Source of the DNA: Azolla caroliniana | Taxonomy: Eukaryota; Plantae; Polypodiophyta | Direction: 5' to 3' | Assembly (NCBI GenBank): GCA_043228905.1 | Contig: JBHGNT010000007.1 | Coordinates: 15,314,001-15,378,000 of the forward strand | DNA: 64,000 nucleotides | In this document: positions 49,633 to 63,438 of the stretch, in pieces | How positions within the stretch are numbered: position 1 is the first letter of the stretch | Layout: each line of letters opens with the position of its first letter | The notes under the pieces: generated by a model | What the model was told of the DNA's origin: nothing | What the model saw: only the letters and a program-made list of their open reading frames with translations | Databases searched by the model: none | Translations under genes and position numbers: made by a program

Positions 49633-52600
49633 TCATGACACTATCCCCCCTTTAAAACGACGAGTGTCACGAGTCGTCTTGGATTGAGGACTCGGTTTGT
49701 GTGGATATTGACGATGGAAGTCTTCAAGAAGAGCACGAGCATTGGTTACATTCTCGATCGGTTCCCAAGTACGTTCGCTGGGACTATAGCCTAGCCAATC
49801 GACTAGATAGTAGAGCTTGTTGCGAACAATCTTGGAATCAAGAATGGCGGCAACCTCGTACTCCGGCCCATCTTCAAGCTCGATCGGGGGTGGAGGTTGG
49901 ATAAGACGTTCTGGGATGGTGCTCTCGTGGTAGGGTTCGAGGAGAGAACTATGAAACACCGGATGTATCCGAAGTTGAGGAGGTAGATCGAGACGAAAAG
50001 CAACATCATTAATCTTTCCAATAATACTGAAAGGACCTAATCGCCGATAATCCAACTTCTCACATGGGCGAGTAGTCTTGATGTGTCGTCGTAGCAACCA
50101 CACCCGATCTCCAATATTAAAACTAGATGGAAGTCGATGACGATCCGCGTAGACCTTGTGTGTTTGTTGAGCTTGCTGGAGATGAGTAGATAAATCCGCT
50201 TGTATCTTGCGTAACCGCTCCAAACGATCCTCCGCGCACGGATTTGTGGACACCTCTGGGGTTTCAAGTACACTCCACCGGGGGTGACATCCCGTATAAG
50301 CATAAAATGGCGTAACTTTAGTGGATGCGTGGATAGAGTTGTTATAGGCAAATTCGGCGAAGTGGAGAATATCTGTCCAGTCGTCCTGATGATAGCTGAG
50401 AAAGCACCGCAGATACTGCTCCAACGTTTGATTTGTTCGTTCAGCTTGGCCGTCAGTTTGTGGGTGGTAGCCGGAAGAGAGGTTACAAGTGACCTTGAGC
50501 ATGTTAAAAAGGTGCTTCCAGAATTTTGACACGAACTGGGGTCCACGGTCGCTGATGATACTATCGGGGAGTCCATGATGCCGACATACTTCACGCATGA
50601 CAATTTCGGCAGTGTCTTCACTGGAGATCTCCTTAGTACATGGCAAGAAATGAGCCATCTTCGTATATCGATCGACCACCGTTAGAATCGCATTGAACCC
50701 CTTAGAGACTGGAAGATCTGTGATGAAGTCTAGAGCAATGGATTGCCACGGCTTGCTTGGAATTGATAATGGTTCTAATAAACCATATGGATGATGCCTT
50801 GGCATTTTCGCTCTGCAACATGTATCACAAGTCCGAACAAAATCCTCGACAAATTGTCGCATACAGGGCCACCAGAATGATCGTTGTACTAAATGTTATG
50901 TTTTAGTACTACCAAAATGCCCAGCTGTATATGTGTCATGACAGTTTTGTACTACTCGAAGGCGGCAAGAACCATTAGGAACATACAAAAGTTCTTTAAA
51001 GAAGAGTAATCCATCATGGTATTTGAATTGCCGATAGTCCGTACCTGGTGGTTGCGACTGTGAACACGACGCTCGAGAGGGATCAATTTGTGCTAGTATA
51101 GCTTGGGCGAACGCATCTGTCTTCAAGTCTTCACGTATGGTATCGATAACGCGGGAATCCATAGGCATGTCAAAGATTTGTGTTGCTTGTAATCGTGCCG
51201 GTCCCAAGATGACTTGTTTTTGGTTATCGAAAGCTGGCTCGCCGGGACGGGGTGCTAGATACGAACGCCGTGATAATGCATCTGCCTTCCCTTGGTGCCT
51301 CCCCGGACGATATGTAATTTTGAAGTCGAAACGCGTGAGGAAGTGGGCCCACCGAGCTTGACGTCGATTCAACACACGAGCATCCTGAAAGTAGGCAAGA
51401 TTCTTGTGGTCACTAAATACAGTGACTGGATGATAGGATCCCTCCAGAAAATGCCTCCATTGCATAAAAGAATCCACTATTGCCAATAGCTCCTTATCAT
51501 GGATTTCGTAGTTGATTTCGGTGGCATCAAACTTGCGTGAGTGAAAAGCCACAGGATGTAGCTTTTCATCATTCCCCTGTTGTGACAGAATGCTCCCCAA
51601 TGCAAAATCCGATGCGTCAGCTTCGATAATGAATGGTTTCTCCGGATCGACATGAGCTAGAATTGGAGCCGATGTAAATGCTTTTTTAAGACTCTCGAAA
51701 GCCATGTCCGTTTCTTCAGACCAGGTGAACAGTTGTCCCTTCCTGGTAAGTTGTGTGAGAGGTAGAACGATCTTTGAGTAATCTTGTATGAACTTCCGGT
51801 AAAAATTGGCAAAGCCTAAGAAGCATTGCACATCCCGTACCGAACGCGGAGTCTGCCATTCTACCACCGTTCTGACCTTAGCGGGGTCCATGGAGATGCC
51901 TTCTGACGAAATGATGTAGCCGAGAAATTCCACTTGGTTGCACCCGAAACTACATTTTTCTAGCTTTGCATACAGACCATGTTCTCGAAGTCGTTTTAGT
52001 ACTAATAGTACATGAGAATCATGTTCTTCTTGGGTCTTTGAATAAACCAGTAGATCATCCAAATAGATGATCAAACAATCATCCAATAGATCTCGGAATA
52101 TATCATTAGCCATGTGCTGGAAGACTGTCGGCGCATTAGTGAGGCCGAACGGCATGACAGTATACTTGAAGTGCCCATATCTGGTGCGAAACGCGGTCTT
52201 CCATTCGTCTCCTGGTCGGATCCGTACGAGGTTATATGCTCCCCGTAAGTCGATCTTCGTGAAGAACCTGGCACCATTGATCCGTTCTAAAAGACTTGAG
52301 ATAAGGGGAAGAGCATACCTATTCCTGATTGTAACCTTATTCAAGCCACGGTAATCTACAACGAGACGAAGCGATCCATCTTTTTTCTTGACGAAGAAAA
52401 TGGGTGCACCGGCTGGAGATTTCGAATGCCGAATGAAACCATTTTCCAAATTCTCCTCTATATAGGCCCGAAGGACTTCCAGCTCGGTTGGTGACAAATT
52501 GTAGATCGGTCCCCATGGCGGCTCTTTTCCCGGTTGTAAATCGATGGGGCAATCGTACGGTCGATGATGAGGAAGTGTGTTGGCTTGTACTTTATCGAAC

Positions 52601-53223
52601 ACATCGGTGTAATGGCGATACTTCTCGGGAAGTTGAACGGTGGATTCTTCTTTAGTGGTGTTGGAGGGGTTTACTGATATTGCAAAGAGGAACATTTCCT
52701 CCTTGTGCCCTTCTTTACGCAACTGACGTAGCGAAATGGTTGCCATCTTCTGAGTTGACCCTTGGGTTTGTCGACACCGGATTTCTCTTGTTCTCCAATC
52801 TATGTCAGGGTTATGTAACTCGAACCACGGTAGTCCTAAAACTATAGGATGTTCTGGGATACTAATAATATTAAATGATACTACACATACTAAGTTATCT
52901 AGGACAATATTAATGGGCTCTGACTCTTCTAGGATATTTCCGGAAGCAATGGGACGTCCATCAATGACTACTACAGAGGCTGGACACTGGAGTTTTCTTA
53001 GGGATATCTTATGAGCTTGAGCAAATTTCTTATCCATAAAACAAGAGTTAGCTCCGGAATCTAGGAGTGCTAGGACATGTACTGGAGGGGTACTTTTAGT
53101 ACTAACTATTACTTGGGCTACGAACACATCACTAACTTGCTTAGAGGGAATGGAACCACTAATGGGCTGCACAGATCTAGGGCTGTCCAACCAAACGGCT
53201 CCTATTTTGGCTGGACTTAGTCG
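49633..53223 (-). pseudogene. Chromovirus Pol (PR-RT-RH-INT-chromodomain) with a single in-frame stop
   Basis: LLDSGA, IYLDDLL, ADASD, ALDFIT..SDRG..ERTNQ, GPF motif, chromodomain YEVAAILDS..YLVDWLGYSPSERTWEP. TAA at 50896-50898; both ORF halves are in the same frame. Confidence 0.9.
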
Positions 53224-54368
53224 TTTAACTCTTCTTCTAACTGACTAAGGACATCAAATTTGTTTGCTAGATCTGGGATATTAGTACTATTAGGACTATC
53301 AGATATCCCTACTGAAATAGGTTCGGATTTAGTACAATTAGAACTAGCGACTATTTGGTTTACCTGTCTTCTTGGCCTATGGGGGCAATTTATTGCGATA
53401 TGTCCTGGTCCACCGCAGTAAAGACATAGTCGATTTGTACGGCGTCGCTGCTTTTCTTCTTCGGATAACGGCCCTCGACGACGTGTAGTGTCAATCTCCA
53501 TCGGAGTCGGAGTATTCGCTGGAGACGCATTATATGACTCCCTCGGAAAAGGTCTTGCTACCACTGAGGCGTAGGTGGGCTCTGATCTTGCCCTCGGCAT
53601 CTGTAGCTGTCGTTCCGAACGTCGCTCAAAGAGGCGGTTGTCACATCTCACCGCGTGACTGATTGCTTCTGTTAAGGACTTTGGCTCTTCGGGGAAGGTC
53701 AAGAGTAAATCCTTGACGTCGTTGCGTAAACCATAACGGAATTGCTCCATCAACGCTTGATCATCCCAAGGGATATCGGCGGCGAGTAGGCGAAAATCTG
53801 CAGCGTATGCGGAGGCTGGACGGTCACCTTGGCGTAATCGCCGGATTTTGTTGATTGCGGTCCTAATGCTGTCAGTATCTCCGAAACATGCTTTAAACTC
53901 ACCCAGAAACTCTTCAAAATTGTTGAGTAACGGAGATTCCTTTTCTAATAGTGGAGCGAACCATGACAACGTTGAGCCACTTAACAAAGTGCCTACTAAA
54001 CCCACTCGTGATGCATCGGTGGGATATCGGGAAGGATGCATTTGAATAACTAATCGTACCTGGTTAAGGAACCCTCTAAACTGCGATCGCGTTCCATCGA
54101 ACTTCGTGGGAAGGCCAATCTTAGGTTCTTTATGAATCCCTTGTGTTCCGGGCCCATGTTGTTGCATCGCTACGATGGTGGCTTCGAGTTGTTGCACGCA
54201 TAACGCAAGTTCCCCATGTTGTTGTTGCGTTTGCTGCTTTTCTAAGGAGATTTGCTGAAGATCCCCCAGCAACCGTTGGTTTTCTTGTTCCAAAGCATGG
54301 AACTTCTCCTTCAAGCATTGGAATTCCGAGAAAACAGAGTGATATTCTTCAGCGCTAACAGTGGCCAT
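53217..54368 (-). CDS. Chromovirus Gag (PEG10/sushi-like)
   Basis: EPKIGLPTKFDGTRSQFRGF, PMEID, CCHC knuckle CLYCGGPGHIAINC. Intact 383 aa. Confidence 0.9.
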   Translation of the reverse strand: MATVSAEEYHSVFSEFQCLKEKFHALEQENQRLLGDLQQISLEKQQTQQQHGELALCVQQLEATIVAMQQHGPGTQGIHKEPKIGLPTKFDGTRSQFRGFLNQVRLVIQMHPSRYPTDASRVGLVGTLLSGSTLSWFAPLLEKESPLLNNFEEFLGEFKACFGDTDSIRTAINKIRRLRQGDRPASAYAADFRLLAADIPWDDQALMEQFRYGLRNDVKDLLLTFPEEPKSLTEAISHAVRCDNRLFERRSERQLQMPRARSEPTYASVVARPFPRESYNASPANTPTPMEIDTTRRRGPLSEEEKQRRRTNRLCLYCGGPGHIAINCPHRPRRQVNQIVASSNCTKSEPISVGISDSPNSTNIPDLANKFDVLSQLEEELND

Positions 54369-54545
54369 GGGATGAAAGAAAAGAGGAATAAAAGATTAGT
54401 AGGAAATGAGAGAGACAGAAGGTAGGAAAATTGGTTCAAACTGTCATGAACAGTACTGAGACAGAGAAGGAATTAGTACTGAACGAAGGATTAGTACTAT
54501 GAGAGGTGTGGAACTTCTTCGAGAGAAGGAAGAAGTGAGCGAGAC

Positions 54546-54592
<47 letters not shown>

Positions 54593-57500
54593 TGATAAGA
54601 AAGATATTTATTATATGAAGAGAATATACAACGGTGGCTAAAAGGCTTAAGACTGGCGTTGAACCAATTTGGTTCAACATAATGCCTAGTGCCCTCTTTT
54701 ATAGTGTTTTCAGGAGTAATCCTGAAGCTTCTAGAATGTTCCAGAGAAATCTGGAATATACACTAATTTCCTATAATAAAATGTAAATGAAAATAATATC
54801 CTACGTATTACAAGAGCTCGACCCATATAACCTAAGGTCATGGGTTCGAGTCTTGCCATATCATGACAGAAGCCAAGAACCCTAAATTTCCTTACGGAAG
54901 TCATAAACCCTAATTTCTTAATCAAAGCCATATAACTCAAAAACCCTAATTTTCGAATTGAAGCTAAAAACCCTAATATTCTAATTAAATCCATATTTCA
55001 TTTCTTCTAATCTATTACTCTAGTCATCTCCATTAGCAAATTTTTGTAATCCCAATCTTGGGATTAATTGTAATCTTTCTTTCCCTTTATTAATGAAATT
55101 TGTGAATCTTTATCATTTTGTATTAATTGTTTAATATAATCATACGAATCTAGTATCTTCCGGTCGGAGGCCCCGGGGTCCTGCCTCAAAGTTCATGTAT
55201 CCTCGTCGTATTTTCGCGACATCTTTGGTGAACCCGACGTGAAACGAGGCAGTAGGAGGATATCAAGTACGAAGATGGCTTCGACAAGTGGAACTCAAGG
55301 AGAAGAATTGACGAAAGGCATGGTGTCCGTCATCGAATTCATGCTGAAAGAGAGAGATCGGGAGGCTTTAGTCCACAAAGTTGTTGACCGAACTGTGGAG
55401 ACAGTTGGAAGATTCGGTGGGAAGAACATCACAAATTTCCTTGCTACCTACCGGAACAAGATGCAACAAAGAGATGTCCATGATCTAAAACAAATTTCAA
55501 GCTTTAAGCGTGTGGTAGAACCCGGGATCCGTGAGCGCGTGATGGAGATCCAAAACGAGCATGCAACTTGGGCGGAGTTCGAAAGGGTTCTTCTCACTGA
55601 ATACATGCTTGAAGACGCATCGCGGATGACTCGGCATACGTTAATGAATTGGATCGAGAAGAAAGGGAAGAATTTGTGTGCATCGGGAATTTATGCCGAA
55701 TTCGACCAGAAGTACAACCGACTTCCGAGTGTCGAGCAACGAGTTCTCGACGGAGATAAAGTCTTACTATTCCTAAAGGGAATGGATACGAAAGATCGGC
55801 GAGAATTGGGCAGTTTCGTGGAGGACGAAACACAACCAAATGACTTGGTAGCGGACTGGGCGGCGGTGAAGAAGGCTTGCAGCCGTTTTGATAAGCGGCG
55901 ACAATGGCAAGAGGAAGCTGAGGTCGAGAATCCACAATTGTGGAAGAAGGCACCTACGACGATTGAGCCTAGTAAGCCGATCAACAATTTCGACAAGAAA
56001 GCAATGGAGGAGTCTATAATCGAAGATCTCTCCAAGAAGTTTGAAGCGGTATCGCTAGCCAACTTAGGTCGACGCGGGCCCAAGGGAAAAGAAGCGTATA
56101 GATGTGTGTGGTGCGATAGCTTTGAACACTCACGAAGGGAATGTGCTGACTTGCAAGATGCGATCCGCAAGAATGTCGTCTATTTGGACAGCAACATGAT
56201 TCACTCGAGCGAGAGCCGGAAGCCACTACGAGTGAACTTCGGAAGAGGTGGGATGAAAAAGATTGTACAAGAAGAAGATGCAAGGCATGTGGAGGCTATG
56301 CACTATGCCGCTTCGGCTGGGATACGAGTTGGAAAGAGAATCTTAAAATGATCAAGCTAGGAGCTGGGTTTTGGCCAACGGTCTTCGAGTGCGAAGAAAA
56401 AGGCAAAATCAATTCGGAGGATCTAAAACTTGCTGACCGAAACGTGCGACGAGCAACCGGATGGTCAGATCCAATCAACGAAAACACAAGCTTTGCGGAG
56501 GTTGTGTGTGACACCTATGAAGCCCTTGTCGAAGAGAAGAGGAAGAGAACCGGTGAAGAAGATGGCACATCAAAGCAACCTAACACGAGGAACGGAGGGA
56601 AAGAAGGGCCACCCCAACCTATCCCAAGAAAAGAGATTGGTGAAACAAACATGAAGCCCGGTGGATCAAGCCAACCTGCTCGGATGGAAGTCGAAGAATC
56701 AATGAAGAAAGGAAAAGAACGAGCGGCACCGACTTACAAGCTAAGGTCGTACATAGAACAAACAACTAACTTGCGGAAGGTCCTTGAGGAGAAGGTTTTA
56801 GATAGTCATGTCGACCTTACCTTGAGAGAGCTACTTGGGATCGCGAAGAAGGAGTTCCATGATACTATCGTGGAACTTATTAAAAGAAAGCGGCAACAAT
56901 CTGATGAAGAGGAGGTGAAAACAAGTGCCATAACCATGGCAAGATCGGAAGAGGAGGAAGAAGAAGAAGTGGTGGCGGATAGCCATTACTCGCGGTCTCA
57001 TTGGGCAAGAGCGACAACGGAGACACCGGTGAAGATCAGGGAGAAGAAAGAGACCGTGGTCGCTTTGATTGACCATGGCTCAGAGATCAACCTCATGTCG
57101 ACCGAGTTCTACAAGAAAGGAAGATGGCCGATTAATACAAACCACGGATGGAAGGTTCGAGCGGCGACGAAGGCTACGGAGGACTTGTACGGAGCTTGCC
57201 CCAACATTAAAGTCACGATCGGGGATGTAGAGATTGATCAACACTTCTTCGTGCAAGACTCGGCTTCACATCCCATCATCCTAGGAAAACCATATATAAC
57301 ATCGTCCCGGATGGAGACCAAGGTGTTCGATAATGGAGCAGCCTTCGCGCGCGTCAAGAGTCTTGATAGTAAAAGATCTGTTCAATTCCTGACAGTGCGA
57401 GCTAATCATGAAAGGAACCGAGATAGCCTTGGAGGCGAATCCTCGGATTTTTAAAGCGGACTATTGAAGCATGGGGCACAAATAGTTCGAGCAATCATAA

Positions 57501-58047
57501 GTCCCCACAAGGAAGCAAAGTGCGTGGATTGCAAGGAGAAGCAACATGCGTCACAACCGGCGGCGCATGCAAACTTAGACTACTCAACAAGAAGGAAAAG
57601 TGTCAGATACAAGACTTCGAGGAGGTGCTGAAAGAAGAAAGCATAATTGAAGAAGAAGAATTTGTGTCATATATTCTGGAGGAAGCCTCATTTAACGACA
57701 CCATCGGCGAAATCGAGGAAGTCGTGGATTTTAGCTATCCTCACCATCAACATGTGATTTCGGTTAACTCCGTCAACATGTATACTATCATCGATGAATA
57801 TCATCGAGGCATCTTGATAGAGGAAGCCGAAGTCAACACAAAATATAAAACCGTGGATAGGAAGATCAAGCTAGTTGCAGTTCCGCTACCAGAAGATAGT
57901 TGGCAAAAGATGAAGGAAGTTGCAAAAGATCCAAGCTTAAGGAACCCAAATACAATTGGTCACATCTTCACTGAAGAGACGAAGGGAAAGCTACAAGTTG
58001 GAAGGGAGGATTTCCTCCTCCCTGAAGAGGAGCGGATGTTTCGTGGA

Positions 58048-58440
58048 TGTTGACCGGTCAGAAGAGCAAGGACAAGTGGGAAGGCAGAGTCGGATCGGAT
58101 AATAGGAAGTAAATAATAGTAGAATTATTATTCGGAGGGACGGATCCGGTACAGCTGTACCGATCCGGATCCGGACAGATTCGGCTTCCGGTTGCCTAAG
58201 CGCACCGATTGTAACCTTGCCAGATGCCTATAAAAGGATCTGATGATTTGTAAAGGTTTTTTGACGGAAGTAATACAAATAGAATTATTGCATGTTTATC
58301 TGTATCTCTGTATTGTTTTACCGTCTGTGCTTAATTGTAATCATCTTACGCGTGTAACCTAGCATCCAATCCTTACCACCCCTTTGGAGAAGTGTCGGAT
58401 AGACACCTGTGTTGAGGCTAATCCGGCCAGGCAGACAACA
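58048..58440 (+). mobile_element. Solo LTR (393 bp)
   Basis: TGTTGACC...GACAACA flanked by 5-bp TSD GTGGA. Removal restores EERMFRGMLERHGKAF in the host pol. Confidence 0.92.
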
Positions 58441-60480
58441 GTGGAATGCTTGAAAGACATGGGAAGGCTTTCGCGTTTTTCCCACAAGAAATCGGGTGTG
58501 CTAATCCAAGGACGGTAGAACCGATGGTGACCTTCACGGTGCCGCATGTGCCTTGGAATTTGAAACCGATACCGGTTCCGAGAGCACACCTACCGAAGCT
58601 GATCGAGCTCTTAAAGGAGAAGGTGAGGATGGGAATTCTAGAACCATCGAATGCTCCTTATTCTAATAGGTGGTTCACGGTGCCAAAGAAGAATGGATCG
58701 TGGCGATTCATTCAAGATCTTCAACCCGTCCACAAGGTGACAATTCGGAATGCTGGAATCGGTCCGAGTGTGGATGAATTTGCTGAGGCTTTTGCGGGCC
58801 GGTCCATCTACTCCATCGGCGATCTCTACTCTGGCTACGATCAATTCCAGTTGGCGGTCGACAGTCGTGACATTACAACCATGAGAACTCCAATCGGGTT
58901 GGTGCGGATGTGTACCTTACCTCAAGGCGCAACGAACTCGGTGGCTCATATGGTGAATGCCATGAACAAGGTCTTGAAGGATTGCATCCCGGATATCACG
59001 ATGCCATTCTTAGATGATATTCCGATAAAAGGATGTTCGGATGAAGAGAAGGATGAATCAAAAGATAAGGATGGATGTAGAAAGTTCGTCATGGATCATA
59101 TGAAAGATTGTGAGAAGGTGCTCCAAAGGCTCGAAGATGCGAATTTGACATTTTCGGGAGGAAAATCCGCATTCGGGCAACCGGAGATCCTGGTGGTAGG
59201 TCACTTGTGTGGAGCATACGGTCGGAAGCCTTCGCCATCCAAGGTGAATGCAATCCAAGACATGAAAGAAGAATGTGTAACCCAAATGGAGGTTCGAAGG
59301 TTCCTTGGAGCATGCGTGTTTTATCATATTTGGATTCCACACTATGCCCACATTGCCGAGCCATTATATGGTCTACTAAAGAAGAAGCAGATGTTCGAAT
59401 GGACAAGCGAGCATACAATCGCCATCCGAAGGCTGAAGAAATTATTGATGGAGGCACCTGCATTACGGAAAGCAGACTATTCATATGGCAAGCCCATTTT
59501 CGTGACTGTGGATACTAGTCCAATCGGAATTGGATGGGTTATCAACCAAGAAGGTGAAGATTGCAACCGATATGCAATTCGGTTGGCACGAAAGTGTTAA
59601 GTGATAGGCAAAGAAGGTATGCCCAAGTGAAGAGGGAGCTATGGGGGATCGTCTCAGTAATCAAATCTGATCGTGATTACCTTATTGGAGCAGAAGTCAT
59701 AATTGAGACAGATTGCCTACCAGATTTGGGTATGATATCTGGTTGTAATACACTAGATATTGCCATGTTGCGTTGGACTGCATATATCAAATCACTCAAC
59801 CCGAAGATCTGTCATGTAGCTGGGAAGCGTAATGTCGTTGCAGACATGCTATCACGAGCGAGATACGACGGAGAAGAAGATCGACATTCTGATGAAGATG
59901 ATGTTGGCTTGGATTTCTTTGCAAGTTCCTATGCTCGGGTGTTGACTACTTTCATAGAAGAGGACTACGAAGGTGAATTCGTGGAGATTGGGAAATACTT
60001 GAGTTCTCTCCAAAAAGATGAATCATGGTCGACGGAAGGCTTCCATCGAATTCGGAAGAAGGCATACAAGTATTTCCTTAAGGATGGAGCTCTTTGGAGG
60101 CATGCAAAAAAGAAGAATGGGACTCCGATGAGAGTTGTCTGCAAGCTAGAAGACCAACAAAAACTAATGTCCGAATTTCATGATAGTGTTTCTGCAGGCC
60201 ATCGAGGAATATGGGCTACGTTTGCGAAGCTTAAGGAGAAATATTGGTGGCCGGGCATCTACAAAGATGTAGCAGCTTATGTGGAAACATGTAAGGAATG
60301 TCAAATGTTTTCGAATATTCGCCATCGAGATGGACTTCATCCGACTTACCCATTGGCTATGCATTACAAGTGGATGGTGGACATAGTGATGATGCCAATG
60401 GGACAATGGCAGATGAAGTATCTTGTGCTTGCGAGAGAGGATCTTACCAATCAAGTTGAAGGGCGAGCATTAAGAACTAA

Positions 60481-63438
60481 GAAAGAAAGAAAGAAAGAAA
60501 GATATATTAACGTCTTCTAAGGCCAAATTTGGTCGAGGAGACAATTGGTTTACAACAAAAGAGTTTTTATCCAGTCATCATAACTAAAATAAAATAAAGT
60601 AAAAAATAGAACTTAAACTAAAAGAGTTCTAGTAGTGTACAATATGTAGTATACTCGACAGTGACTATACACTAAGCCTAATTTTATTTCCACCCAAGCC
60701 TCTCGAAAAGAAGTGGGGGGTCAAAGGGTCTTGATGTGGGTTCCAGTGTAGAGAGTGCTCTAGCCATGGCTTCTAGGCGGTGTAGCTCACGTTCCCTTAT
60801 TTTCAATATTGCTTCCACATCATGTCGAGTTGCTTTGAAACCCGGCACCCGAGGACGTCTGGTTCTTCTCTGGTTTTCTACCTCATCAATGGAAAGGCCG
60901 AGTGGTGCAAGTGTGTCGGCATTCGTTGTCTCCTCAGGTTCCTGAAAAACTTCATTTGTTACATGTTCGTGATCATTAGCAACATTATTGTCAACATTTT
61001 GTAACTTATTCTCTCTGTGTTGTTTTAGCTCTAGAATGTATTTACCTAATTTCTTTATATCTAGAGTATCTAATAGTTTGGGGAGGGTGGGAGACGGACC
61101 AAGTATGTCTTGGTATTTTGCCCTTATCTCGGCATAGGTTGGACACTTGCATGTAAAGTGGTACTCATCCTCTATCTCTATGTGACATAACCTACATATC
61201 CTTTCCTCCCTAGGGACTCCACTAGTACGGCCATTCTCAATCTCAAGTTGGTGAGATGATATTCTAAGTTGTCCAATGGCAACCCTTAGTGCATGTGGTA
61301 AGAATACATCTAGATATTTTGGTCGCGTGATTAAACCTAACTTAGAGAAGTGCATGAAGTGTTTCTTATAGTACACCATTTTAGATGGGAGTGGCTCTAG
61401 TGGGGTGATCCATTTACACCGAGTGTAAATTTGCCATATTTCTTGGCGTATTACTTTATTGCGGTCCTCATGAGAGATTAAGGTGTTATCACTCGTGTGG
61501 TTGTACCTAAGGGGAGGTAGGTTATTAATGTCTAGACCATTCGCAAGAAGCCAACTCACCATCATGCCATACCATGAGCTAGTATAGCCGAACTCATAAT
61601 TTGATCGAGAGGCCTTAAAGGCTTGATGAGATATTCTATCATGTGGTTGGCTATGTATCCTATCAATGAAGACTACAAGTTGAAAAAGTGCCTCTACTAA
61701 CACTGGGGGTAACGTGAACTCAACCCTAATAATGTCATGTGGTACAGTCGATTTGCTTCGGAGTTGGCATGATAGAATCATCACCAATGGTCTCTCTAAT
61801 TGCGCCCACATGAAAGATGGTAATCCTGGAGCCCAAACCGCTGATGCATACATGAGGGAGGGGGTCACTAATGAGTCAAAGAGCCACCCTTTAGTCCGTG
61901 GCTCTTGAAAGTGTGCTTGGTGGCATTGTCTCTCTAGGAGTGAGAGGGATGCATGTCCTCTCGTGAGTCTATCCTTCGTTGCCTGTGTCATCGAAAATTT
62001 ACCTGAGCGGGCACTAAAAGCGACTCCGAGATAGACGTATGATCCAACCACCTCGATTGGGCTATGGGAGATAGTTAGGTGACACTTAGCTCTAACTTGG
62101 GCCGATGTGTGGAAGATAAGGACTTTCGTTTTCCCTAGATTCACTACCAATCCTCGTTGTACACAAAAGTCATCTAAGGCATTAAGGTGCCTATGTAGGT
62201 CGTGTTCGGATTCAGAGAGCAAAACTATGTCATCCGCATAGAGCAAGATACGAACCTCCGTATCCCCAAGGACCACTCCGGTGCCTCCCTCATGAGCAAT
62301 AAAATCTGTGATCTCATCAATGTAGATCCCAAAAAGCGTCGGTGATAGGGGGCAACCTTGTTTTACACCAATAGTGCTAGTGAAACGATTAGATAGGCCA
62401 CCTGGGCATCAGACACACCCGGACACTTGTTCATATAGTGCGTAGATGGCCCATACCATATCATCGGGTATCCTCAAGCTTTTAAGTCTATCAAACAACC
62501 GCTCTCTAGGGACTGTGTCAAAGGCTTTGCGGAAGTCCACAAAACAACAATATAATTTCTTCTTGCGAGCCTTAGTTTGGTCAATTAGGCATCTAAGTGT
62601 GAAGATATGATCAATAGTGGAGAAGGCTCATCTAAAGCCAGCTTGTTCAGGTGCACGAAGCTAAGCTCTGCTTCCATTACTGCACCATATAACTTAGCAA
62701 GGGCATGGCCTATCATAATGGTCCTATATGTAGTTGGGTCCATGGGGTCCCCCCCTTTATGTATGGGGGCCACTGTATTCATAGTCCACTGTGGTGGAAA
62801 ACCCTCCGCAAGGGCACGATTGAAGATTAGAGTTAGCAAGGGAGCTAGGCACTCTCTCGCATATATAATGTGTTCTGCTCGCAATCCTGTGTGGTCCATG
62901 GACTTCCTATGTTGTAATTTCTTTATGACCTTCATGACCCTAGAGGTCGTGAAAAGTGTCCCCGTGGTAGGCCGGGGTGTGGAAGGCATTGGAATGGGTG
63001 GTTGGTTTGGGATTTGGTAAAGTCTCTCTGTATATGTGTGCCAAGTTTCGGGATCTTCGATGGGTGTTTGTGGTCTTGGCTCCCGTAGTCTCTTCCATGC
63101 CGTGGCGCAATCGCTACTCATGAGCATATGGTAGAGTTCCCAGTATTGGGATGCCTCCCACGCTCGTCTCTTACGACGTGTTATTTTACGCATTTCTTTG
63201 CGAGCTTGTATGGAGGTAATACTACCATTGAGTTGCGATACTGTAAGTTTTCTATGTAAGTCCCTACAATCCTCGTCATACCATTTATTTTGTGGCATTG
63301 ATCCTGATCTACCTTGATTTGAGTGTTTTGTATATGGGAAACTGCTAGCTGCTGCGGAGTGAAGGATGTGTTTGAGTTTTGTACTAAGGCTTTCTAACGG
63401 TAGGGAGGGATCAAGGGAGGGGAGATGGGCCTGAACAT
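60481..63438 (-). mobile_element. 5'-truncated non-LTR retrotransposon (LINE) with RT, C-terminal CCHC and a (TTTC)n tail
   Basis: YRTIMIGHALAKLY, VDFRKAFDTV, GVKQGCPLSPTLF, LLYADDIVLL, CRLCHIEIEDEYHFTCKC. (GAAA)5 on + at 60481-60500. Frame break near 62600-62660. Confidence 0.88.

Larger units (their letters stand above)
49214..54868 (-). mobile_element. Very young chromovirus (Tf1/sushi-like Gypsy) inserted in an LTR
   Basis: 427-bp LTRs 49214-49640 and 54442-54868 appear identical. TSD GAAGC. PPT AAAGGGGGGATAG on - next to 49640. Confidence 0.95.
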
